Part shown: positions 56,731 through 64,000 of the stretch, piece after piece
Layout: every line of letters begins with the position of its first letter
Position numbering within the stretch: the first letter of the stretch is position 1
DNA from: an uncultured Bacteroidales bacterium
GTDB taxonomy: Bacteria; Bacteroidota; Bacteroidia; Bacteroidales; UBA932
NCBI GenBank assembly: GCA_900317845.1
Contig: ONII01000006.1
Span: 15,172 to 79,171 of the forward strand
Length of the DNA: 64,000 nucleotides
Direction: 5' to 3'
Program-made: the position numbers and the translations under genes
Notes under the pieces: generated by a model
Seen by the model: only the letters and a program-made list of their open reading frames with translations
Told to the model about the DNA's origin: nothing
Databases searched by the model: none

Positions 56731-58041
56731 CTACAGCCCCCAGTCTGCGGCGGAGTAGGTGCTCTTAGGGGCATTGGGAACGTTGGGGAAGTAGGTGACT
56801 CCCGTTAACTGCTCCAGGTCTGCTACCGACATAAGTTCCTTGCTTGTCACGGCTTGCCCCTTGAGGTCATTGCTGTGGGCACGGACAAAAGCCACGCACT
56901 TGAGCTCCGAGGCGCTGCAGTCCTGCACCCGTTTGCCGGTGTTCCCGTTCTTGGTACGGAGCAGCACATAGTAGTACATGGTGGGAATGGAGACGTCTGA
57001 ACGCCCGCCAAAGGAGATTTTCCCCGGGGAGGCCGATATCCCATAACCGTCTTTATACTGTTTAAAGTAGCAACCCAGCACCTCATAGAGAGTATCCTTG
57101 CATACCTGTTTGTCCACATAGTCTTCCAGGATGTTCCATCCGCCGCCTCCGGTGTTGAAGCCGCTGCTCAATTGGGGGGCGATGTTGCTGTAGTAGAAAA
57201 CTTGCTCATTGGTGGCACGCGAGCACGTGCGTTCCGCCGAGCCTAACATGTGTCCTTTGTTGCAGCCGCCGCCCGTAGATTTGGACTTGTACTGGATGTC
57301 GGAGGGAATGTCGGGATCGGCTTTGTAAGCGTCGGACCGGCCGGAATTGCCCACATACATGCTGTGCCGGGGAGCCGCCACCCACAGGGGGCAGTGGTCT
57401 TCTGCGCTGAAACAGACCGTATAGTTGCGGGCTGGCTTATTGCCGGGCCCTTTGACGTCAGGACTATAGTGCCAGGCAATATACAGATTCTCGTCCGCGC
57501 TGCTGACCAGATAGTTGTTCTTCTCCTTGACGTTTACTACCGGCATCTCTGCCCAGGCAGGAACGGAAGAGGAAGACGGCGTGTCCTTTGCCTGCGTAGT
57601 AAAGGAACGGCTTTCTCCGTAGAAGGTCTTAATCTCATTGTCTCGCTGGAGAATGACATAGGCCCGATACCAATAGGTGCTCTGCGGCTCCAGGTCTTGG
57701 AGTTGGACGCTGAAACTGGTGGTGCCGCTGGCCTGTTCCGTATAGGCCATCTGGTCCGTAGGGCCCCATTCAAAGCCGACCTCGCGGATGGTGGCATTGG
57801 CGCCGGCGCTGCTTCCGTTAAGGGTCGCAGAGAAGGCGGTCAAATCACTGGCTGCTCCGGTGGCTACATCCACCTTGAGGGCATCCGGCTGTCCCGGTTG
57901 TCCCGGTTGTTCCGGTTGTGATGGCTGGGTGGGCGTGGTGGGCGTGGTGCCGGAGGGGATGAGCGGCTTTACCGGCTGCGTACCGGGGGTGCAGGCTACA
58001 AAAGCCAGCACGCAGCCAAGAAGTAGAAAACGTTTTTTCAT
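56731..58041 (-). CDS. DNA/RNA non-specific endonuclease lipoprotein with N-terminal Ig/Fn3-like domain
   Basis: Lipobox AFVAC, RNYTVCFS, NKGHML, FYYSNIAPQ, WNILE. Confidence 0.88.
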   Translation of the reverse strand: MKKRFLLLGCVLAFVACTPGTQPVKPLIPSGTTPTTPTQPSQPEQPGQPGQPDALKVDVATGAASDLTAFSATLNGSSAGANATIREVGFEWGPTDQMAYTEQASGTTSFSVQLQDLEPQSTYWYRAYVILQRDNEIKTFYGESRSFTTQAKDTPSSSSVPAWAEMPVVNVKEKNNYLVSSADENLYIAWHYSPDVKGPGNKPARNYTVCFSAEDHCPLWVAAPRHSMYVGNSGRSDAYKADPDIPSDIQYKSKSTGGGCNKGHMLGSAERTCSRATNEQVFYYSNIAPQLSSGFNTGGGGWNILEDYVDKQVCKDTLYEVLGCYFKQYKDGYGISASPGKISFGGRSDVSIPTMYYYVLLRTKNGNTGKRVQDCSASELKCVAFVRAHSNDLKGQAVTSKELMSVADLEQLTGVTYFPNVPNAPKSTYSAADWGL

Positions 58042-58043
58042 GA

Positions 58044-59387
58044 TTAGTAGCGGTTCAGGGGCCTTTCTGCGGTCATGGAGTGAACCTGGCGTTTTACCTC
58101 GTCCAGGACTAGTTTGTGAGCAATACGCTCCGCCGTCTGGGCCTCCGTGGGCTCCTTGGCGGTAAGGGCGGCAAAGTGTTTGTTGGCCGACTCCAGCACG
58201 CGGTCTATCAGCTCCACAATCTGCAGCATGTCCTTTTCCTCGAAGCCGCGGGAAGTGACGGCCGGCGTGCCAATGCGAAGGCCGGAGGTGGCGAAGGCGC
58301 TACGGCTGTCGAAGGGCACCATGTTCTTGTTCACGGTAATATCGGCACGGACCAGTTCTTTCTCTGCGACGCGGCCTGTCAGGTCCGGGAAGTTGGGGCG
58401 TAAGTCGATGAGCATGAGGTGGTTGTCCGTTCCGCCGGAAATAATCTTGTAGCCTTTGTCAATGAATGCCTTGCACATGGCGGCGGCGTTGGCCACCACC
58501 TGCTTCTGGTACTGCTTGTATTCCGGCTGGGCGGCCTCCCAGAAGGCCACGGCCTTGGCGGCAATCACATGCTCCAGCGGCCCGCCCTGAATGCCCGGGA
58601 AAACGGCGGAATTCAGGATGGCGCTCATCTTCTTGATCTCTCCCTTGGGCGTGGTGAGGCCCCAGGGGTTGTCAAAGTCCTTGCCCATGAGGATAATACC
58701 GCCACGCGGCCCGCGGAGGGTCTTGTGGGTGGTGGACGTAACAATATGCGCGTATTTTACCGGGTTCTTCAAGAGGCCCGCGGCAATGAGGCCGGCGGTG
58801 TGGGCCATATCGATCCACAGGATGGCGCCCACTTTGTCTGCAATGGCACGCATGCGCTCGTAATCCCATTCGCGGGAATAGGCCGATGCACCGCCAATGA
58901 TGAGTTTGGGCTTGCACTCCAGGGCTTTGCGCTCCATTTCATCGTAGTCCACGCGGCCGGTTTCCGGATTGAGGCCGTACGCTACAGGGTGATACAGGAT
59001 ACCGGAAGCGTTGACAGGGGAACCGTGGGTAAGGTGGCCGCCCATGGACAGGTCCAGCCCCATGAAGGTGTCTCCGGGTTTGAGGATGGCCATGGTGACG
59101 GCCATGTTGGCCTGGGCTCCGGAGTGCGGCTGCACATTGGCATATTCGGCATCGTACAGGGCGCACAGGCGGTCGATGGCCAGCTGTTCAATCTGGTCCA
59201 CTACCTCGCAGCCGCCGTAATAGCGCTTGCCAGGGTAGCCCTCTGCATATTTGTTGGTGCATACGGAGCCCATGGCTTCCAGCACTTCGTTGGTGACATA
59301 ATTTTCCGAGGCAATGAGTTCCAGGCCGGCGGCCTGGCGCTGCTGTTCCTTGTTAATAAGGTCAAAAAGCTGAGAATCGCGTTTCAT
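58044..59387 (-). CDS. glyA: Serine hydroxymethyltransferase
   Basis: [49 protein letters not shown]. Confidence 0.97.
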   Translation of the reverse strand: MKRDSQLFDLINKEQQRQAAGLELIASENYVTNEVLEAMGSVCTNKYAEGYPGKRYYGGCEVVDQIEQLAIDRLCALYDAEYANVQPHSGAQANMAVTMAILKPGDTFMGLDLSMGGHLTHGSPVNASGILYHPVAYGLNPETGRVDYDEMERKALECKPKLIIGGASAYSREWDYERMRAIADKVGAILWIDMAHTAGLIAAGLLKNPVKYAHIVTSTTHKTLRGPRGGIILMGKDFDNPWGLTTPKGEIKKMSAILNSAVFPGIQGGPLEHVIAAKAVAFWEAAQPEYKQYQKQVVANAAAMCKAFIDKGYKIISGGTDNHLMLIDLRPNFPDLTGRVAEKELVRADITVNKNMVPFDSRSAFATSGLRIGTPAVTSRGFEEKDMLQIVELIDRVLESANKHFAALTAKEPTEAQTAERIAHKLVLDEVKRQVHSMTAERPLNRY

Positions 59388-59455
59388 ATTGAGTGGTTAG
59401 TATTTCCTAGTGGAATATTTTCACAAATTTACAAGAAAACCTTTACCTTTGCAAC

Positions 59456-59992
59456 ATGAAAGACAGAAAACTTCTCAATATAGAATTAGGCCGATTGACG
59501 GCGGAGCAGTACCGCCACAGGAAAGAAAGCGGTCTGGTGCTGGTGCTGGACAATATCCGCAGTGCGCACAACGTGGGCAGCGCTTTCCGCACCGGCGACG
59601 CCTTTGGCGTAGATAAGATTTATCTGGGCGGTATCTGTCCCGTCCCGCCGTCTCCGGAGCTGCACAAAGTGGCCCTGGGAGCAGAAGAGTCTGTCCCTTC
59701 GGAGCACGTGGAAGACGTAGTGGCCTTGGTAAAGCAGTTACAGGCCGATGGATATACGGTTGTTGCCGTGGAGCAAACGGTCCACTCGGTAAAACTGGAC
59801 CATTTTCACCGGGAACCCGGCCGGAGGTATGCCCTGGTCTTTGGAAACGAAGTCAGCGGCGTACAACAGGAAGTTGTAGACGCCGCTGACTTTGCTCTCG
59901 AAATCCCCCAGCAGGGGACCAAACACTCACTCAATGTAAGTGTGAGTGTAGGAGTAGTCCTTTGGGGCTTAATCCAAGCTATGGATTGCTAG
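59456..59992 (+). CDS. TrmH/SpoU family RNA methyltransferase
   Basis: LDNIRSAHNVGSAFRT, FGNEVSG, EIPQ.GTKHSLNVSV. Confidence 0.93.
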   Translation: MKDRKLLNIELGRLTAEQYRHRKESGLVLVLDNIRSAHNVGSAFRTGDAFGVDKIYLGGICPVPPSPELHKVALGAEESVPSEHVEDVVALVKQLQADGYTVVAVEQTVHSVKLDHFHREPGRRYALVFGNEVSGVQQEVVDAADFALEIPQQGTKHSLNVSVSVGVVLWGLIQAMDC

Positions 59993-61267
59993 GCCGCTGC
60001 GGAGCTTGGGCTCAAACCAGGTGGTTTTGGGCGGCATAATGTTGCCGGTGTCCGCAATGCTCATGAGCTGATCCATGGAAACCGGATACAGGGCAAAGGC
60101 CACCTTCATCTCGCCGGAATCTACACGGCGGGAAAGCTCCCCAAGGCCACGGATACCGCCCACAAAGTCGATACGCTTGTCTGTGCGCAAATCCTTGATT
60201 CCCAGAATCTTGTCCAGTACGAGGTTGCTCAGGATGGTGACATCCAGCACGCCAATAGGGTCGGCGTCGTTGTAGCGGCCCGGCTTGGCGGTGAGGCTGT
60301 ACCACACGCCCTCAATGTACATGGAGAAGTTGTGCAGGCCGGCGGGATGGTAAATCTCCGAGCACTTGCAGTGGCAGGGATACTCACATTCGCACTTGCC
60401 GCCGTCTTTGGTGCAGTCGCACTTGCATTCTACAATGAAGTCTTCCTCCAGGGCTTTGAAGAACTCCTGGGTGCTCAGGCCGTTGAGATCCTTCACTACA
60501 CGGTTGTAGTCGATGATGGCCAGGTGGCTCTGCGGGAAGCACACCGCCATGAAATAGTTGTACTCCTCGTTGCCGGTGTGGTGCGGGTTCTGCGCCTTTT
60601 TCTCTGCGCCCACGCGGGCGGCGGCAGCCGTGCGGTGATGGCCGTCGGCCACATAAAACGCGTCGATGTCCTTGGTGAAGATTTCCGTGATACGGGCAAT
60701 GGTGGCGTCATCTTCAATTACCCAGAAGGTGTGCGTGAAGTTGTTCTCGTCCACGAACTTGTATTCCGGCTCTCCGGCGGCTGTCTTGGCAATGATGTCG
60801 TTGAGCTCCGCGTGGTCCTTGAAGGCAAAGAAGACGGGCTCGATATTGGCGTTCTGGATGCGCACGTGGATCATGCGGTCGTCTTCCTTGGGCTTGAGGG
60901 TGAGCTCGTGCTTCTTGATAATGCCACTGGCGTAATCGTCGGTGTGGGCACAGAGGACAATACCATACTGGGTGCGGCTGCCCATGGTCTGGGCGTACAC
61001 ATAGTACTTTTCTTTGTCGTCCTGCACCAGCCAGCCTTTCTCTTTCCAGGCCTTGAAGTTCTCCACGGCTTTGTCGTAGGTGCGCTGCTCGTGCTCACCG
61101 GCGATGGGGGAGAAGTCAATCTCAGGCTTGGTGATGTGCAGGAGGCTTTTTTCTCCGGCCATGGCCAGGGCTTCCTCGGAGTTGAGGACGTCATACGGGG
61201 GAGCGGCAACTTCCGTTACCAGATTCTTGGGCGGGCGAATGGCCGCGAAGGGTTTTACTCGTACCAT
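59969..61267 (-). CDS. DUF1015 family protein with Cys-rich insertion
   Basis: PPYDV, IKKHELT, YVADGHHR, RIDFVGGIRG, MPPKTTWFEPK; usual position after serC-serA. Confidence 0.92.
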   Translation of the reverse strand: MVRVKPFAAIRPPKNLVTEVAAPPYDVLNSEEALAMAGEKSLLHITKPEIDFSPIAGEHEQRTYDKAVENFKAWKEKGWLVQDDKEKYYVYAQTMGSRTQYGIVLCAHTDDYASGIIKKHELTLKPKEDDRMIHVRIQNANIEPVFFAFKDHAELNDIIAKTAAGEPEYKFVDENNFTHTFWVIEDDATIARITEIFTKDIDAFYVADGHHRTAAAARVGAEKKAQNPHHTGNEEYNYFMAVCFPQSHLAIIDYNRVVKDLNGLSTQEFFKALEEDFIVECKCDCTKDGGKCECEYPCHCKCSEIYHPAGLHNFSMYIEGVWYSLTAKPGRYNDADPIGVLDVTILSNLVLDKILGIKDLRTDKRIDFVGGIRGLGELSRRVDSGEMKVAFALYPVSMDQLMSIADTGNIMPPKTTWFEPKLRSGLAIHSLD

Positions 61268-61269
61268 AA

Positions 61270-62190
61270 CTATTTGTTTACTTGGAATTTACAATTGCCT
61301 GTTGCAAAGAAGTCTACAATCTGGCGGGCGGCGGCCAGGCCGGCATTCACGTTGGCTTCCGCCGTCTGGGCGCCCATCTTCTTGGGCGTGGCGAATACGC
61401 GCGTGCCAAACTTTTCCTGCAGGGCGGCGTAGTTGTCCGGCATGACATCCGTGACATATTTGAGATCCGGACGCTCCTCCAGGGCCTTCATAAGGCCTTC
61501 CTCGTCAATGACTTCCTTGCGGGCGGTGTTCACCAGCGTGGCGCCCTTGGGCATGCGGGTAATGAGGTCATAGCCGATGCTCTTAATGGTGGTGGGAAGG
61601 GCGGGGATGTGGATGGAGAGGTAGTCCGATGCGGCATAGAGCTCTTCCACGGAGTGGACGGGCTGGGCGCCGCCGGCAATGATTTGCTCATCTGTGAGGA
61701 ACGGGTCCAGGGCGCAGATTTCCATGCCCAGGGCCTTGGCTTTCTGGCCCACCAGACGGCCCACGTTGCCGTAGGCCTGTACGCCCAGCCGCTTGCCCAG
61801 GAGCTCCGACCCGGTGGCCGGGGTGAGCTGGGTGCGGGCCATGAAAATCATCAGGCACAAGGCGAGTTCCGCCACGGCATTGGAGTTTTGTCCGGGGGTG
61901 TTCATGACCACGATGCCGCGGGCGGTGGCGGCGGCGAGGTCCACATTGTCAAATCCGGCGCCGGCGCGCACCACAATCTTGAGTTTGGGGGCGGCGGCCA
62001 TCACTTCTTCCGTCACTTTATCGGAACGGATGATAAGGGCTTCTGCGTCCGCAACGGCCTTTACAAAATCCGATTGCTCTGCATATTTTTCCAGTTTGCT
62101 GACCTTGTGACCGGCAGCTTCCAGAATATCGGTAATGCCTTTAACCGCAGCGGCGGCAAAGGGCTTTTGGGTGGCAAGTAAAACGTTCAT
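61270..62190 (-). CDS. serA: D-3-phosphoglycerate dehydrogenase (short form)
   Basis: IIRSD, VRAGAGFDNVD, NTPGQNSNAVAEL, NTARKE; in operon with serC. Confidence 0.9.
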   Translation of the reverse strand: MNVLLATQKPFAAAAVKGITDILEAAGHKVSKLEKYAEQSDFVKAVADAEALIIRSDKVTEEVMAAAPKLKIVVRAGAGFDNVDLAAATARGIVVMNTPGQNSNAVAELALCLMIFMARTQLTPATGSELLGKRLGVQAYGNVGRLVGQKAKALGMEICALDPFLTDEQIIAGGAQPVHSVEELYAASDYLSIHIPALPTTIKSIGYDLITRMPKGATLVNTARKEVIDEEGLMKALEERPDLKYVTDVMPDNYAALQEKFGTRVFATPKKMGAQTAEANVNAGLAAARQIVDFFATGNCKFQVNK

Positions 62191-63266
62191 TATTTTTTCA
62201 GGGCTTCAAATTCTTTCATGCAATCTACCAGGGCCTGGACACTCTCGATGGGGCAGGCATTGTACAGGGAGGCGCGGAAACCGCCTACGCTGCGGTGGCC
62301 CTTGATGCCCACCATGCCGCGTTCTTTGGCAAAGGCGAAGAATTCGTCCTGGAGTTCTTCCTTGCCGGGAGCCATTACAAAGCACACGTTCATCAGGGAG
62401 CGGTCTTCCTTGGCGGCGGTGCCGGTGAACAGGGAGTTGCGGTCAATTTCGTCGTACAGCAACTGGGCCTTTTTCTCGTTGATTTTCTGGATGGCCTCTA
62501 CGCCGCCCACGCTCTTGATCCACTTGAGGGTTTCGTTCATCACATAGATGGCGAACACCGGCGGGGTATTGAACATGGAGAGTTTGTCAATGTGGGTCTG
62601 GTAGTTGAGCATGGTGGGCAGGTGGCGCGTTACGCGGCCCAGGGACTCCTTGCGGATAATGGCGAAGATGACGCCGGCCGGGCCCACGTTTTTCTGGGCA
62701 CCGCCATAGATAAGGTCATACTTGCTCACGTCTACCGGGCGGGACATGATGTCCGAAGACATATCGGCAATGAGCGGGCAGGGGCAGTCCATATCCTCCT
62801 TGATTTCCGTGCCGTAAATGGTGTTGTTGGTGGTGATGTGCAGGTAGTCCAGGTCTGCGGGGATCTCGAAGCCCTTGGGAATATAGGAATAGTTCTTGTC
62901 CTTGGAGCAGGCGATGGCATAGGCCTCGCCAATACCCTGGGCCTCTACGAGGGCCTTGTGGGCCCATACGCCGGTGTCCAGGTAGGCTGCCTTCTTCTCC
63001 AGGTAATTCATGGCCACGTACAGGAACTGCAGCGATGCGCCGCCGCCCAGGAACACGACCTCGTGCGTGTCCGGGATGTGGAGGAGTTCCTTCCACAGGG
63101 CGCGGCACTCGTCCATTACGGCATCCCACTCCTTGGTGCGGTGGCTGATGGACAGCAGGGATACTCCGGTACCGCTGAAGTCTTTTAAGGCCTCGATGGT
63201 ATGGTCGATGGCAACCTGCGGCAACAGGCAGGGGCCGGCATTGAAAACATGAACTTTTTTAGACAT
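62190..63266 (-). CDS. serC: Phosphoserine aminotransferase
   Basis: [51 protein letters not shown]. Confidence 0.97.
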   Translation of the reverse strand: MSKKVHVFNAGPCLLPQVAIDHTIEALKDFSGTGVSLLSISHRTKEWDAVMDECRALWKELLHIPDTHEVVFLGGGASLQFLYVAMNYLEKKAAYLDTGVWAHKALVEAQGIGEAYAIACSKDKNYSYIPKGFEIPADLDYLHITTNNTIYGTEIKEDMDCPCPLIADMSSDIMSRPVDVSKYDLIYGGAQKNVGPAGVIFAIIRKESLGRVTRHLPTMLNYQTHIDKLSMFNTPPVFAIYVMNETLKWIKSVGGVEAIQKINEKKAQLLYDEIDRNSLFTGTAAKEDRSLMNVCFVMAPGKEELQDEFFAFAKERGMVGIKGHRSVGGFRASLYNACPIESVQALVDCMKEFEALKK

Positions 63267-63329
63267 GATGTATTAAAATAAAGTGTATTAATTATGGTCT
63301 TGCAAGTTAAGATTTTTTATTGACAAAAC

Positions 63330-63932
63330 CTATATTTCTTCCAATTTTGCGCAATTTTCCACGCGGTTTTTAAAATCCGCCACGGCGGACAGCCGCACCC
63401 GCACTTCCAGCGTGCAGCTTTCCCCAAAGTCCTGCGCCCGCGGCTGGATGTCCATGTCCTTGAGCACCTTCATGACGGCGTTCATGGACAGGTACTCAAA
63501 GTGGACCTTGAAGTTTTTCCCGGCAATCTTGGTGACGATTTGTCCGCTCGCGATGGCATCGGCCGTGGAGGTTTTATACGCCCGGATGAGCCCCGGGATG
63601 CCCAGCTTGATGCCGCCGAAATAGCGCACCACCACCACCAGGACGTCGCTCAGGCCGGCGGAATCGATCTGGCCCAGGATGGGACGTCCGGCGCTGCCGG
63701 CAGGCTCTCCGTCGTCGCTGGCCCGGAAGATATTTCCCTGATATCCAAGCCGATAAGCATAGCAATGATGCCGTGCATCGTGATACTCTTTTCTGAGGGC
63801 TGCGACGATGTTCTTTACCTCCTCCTCCGTCTCTACGGGGTAGGCGAGGGCGATGAACCGGGACCCGTTGTCCTTGAACAGGCCTTCCGAGGGTGCCGCC
63901 AGGGAACGATATGCGTCAAATGCTTCTTCCAT
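63330..63932 (-). CDS. YigZ/IMPACT family protein
   Basis: DNGSRF, ARHHCYAY, DDGEPAGSAG, RYFGGIKLG..GLIRAY. Confidence 0.93.
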   Translation of the reverse strand: MEEAFDAYRSLAAPSEGLFKDNGSRFIALAYPVETEEEVKNIVAALRKEYHDARHHCYAYRLGYQGNIFRASDDGEPAGSAGRPILGQIDSAGLSDVLVVVVRYFGGIKLGIPGLIRAYKTSTADAIASGQIVTKIAGKNFKVHFEYLSMNAVMKVLKDMDIQPRAQDFGESCTLEVRVRLSAVADFKNRVENCAKLEEI

Positions 63933-64000
63933 CGACACGAAAATAGTGATTTTTGCAATAATTTGCAACGGAACGGGAAAAAAGCCCTATATTTGTGTTA

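Noticed and set aside
57880-57960. PGQ/TPT short repeats in the nuclease lipoprotein
   Set aside because: Ordinary low-complexity linker after a lipobox
59969-59992. 24-bp overlap of convergent trmH-like and DUF1015 genes
   Set aside because: Short 3' overlaps of convergent genes are common
36-63765. Many long antisense and alternate-frame ORFs (e.g. 1778-3142 -, 15845-17605 -, 25794-28010 -, 52690-55254 +)
   Set aside because: They are shadows of well-supported genes in GC-rich DNA and show no recognisable motifs

Overview
A GC-rich Bacteroidales chromosomal window, mostly housekeeping genes. The taxonomy is inferred from gene content and recurrent TAnnTTTG promoter boxes. Genes include bamA-skp, gdhA, a phosphomannomutase, def/yqgF, M23-dxr-rseP, rpsT, prfB, an RND pair, uvrD, pncA/pncB and a nucleoside phosphorylase, an S46 dipeptidyl peptidase, a metY-metX-aspartokinase/homoserine dehydrogenase operon with a divergent Lrp, a Clp ATPase, glyA and serC-serA-DUF1015. 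There are three tRNAs (Glu, Pro, Asn). Accessory content: a decayed ~3 kb integrative element in the 3' end of tRNA-Asn (47-bp direct repeats, integrase stump, intact YhcG nuclease, excisionase-like HTH), and an AT-rich AAA+ ATPase gene bracketed by 34-bp palindromic direct repeats. Best novelty candidates: (1) an operon of a DPP-III/M49-like lipoprotein whose three Zn ligands appear replaced by Arg/Lys, a DASS anion transporter and a DcaP-like porin, possibly an undescribed anion-capture system; (2) a ~190-nt multibranched RNA-like element beginning at the predicted transcription start of the methionine operon; (3) 13-7-13 palindromic sites flanking namZ and a Ser-rich gene; (4) an 8-Cys metallothionein-like insert in DUF1015. 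All family assignments come from motif recognition by eye; no database searches were run.
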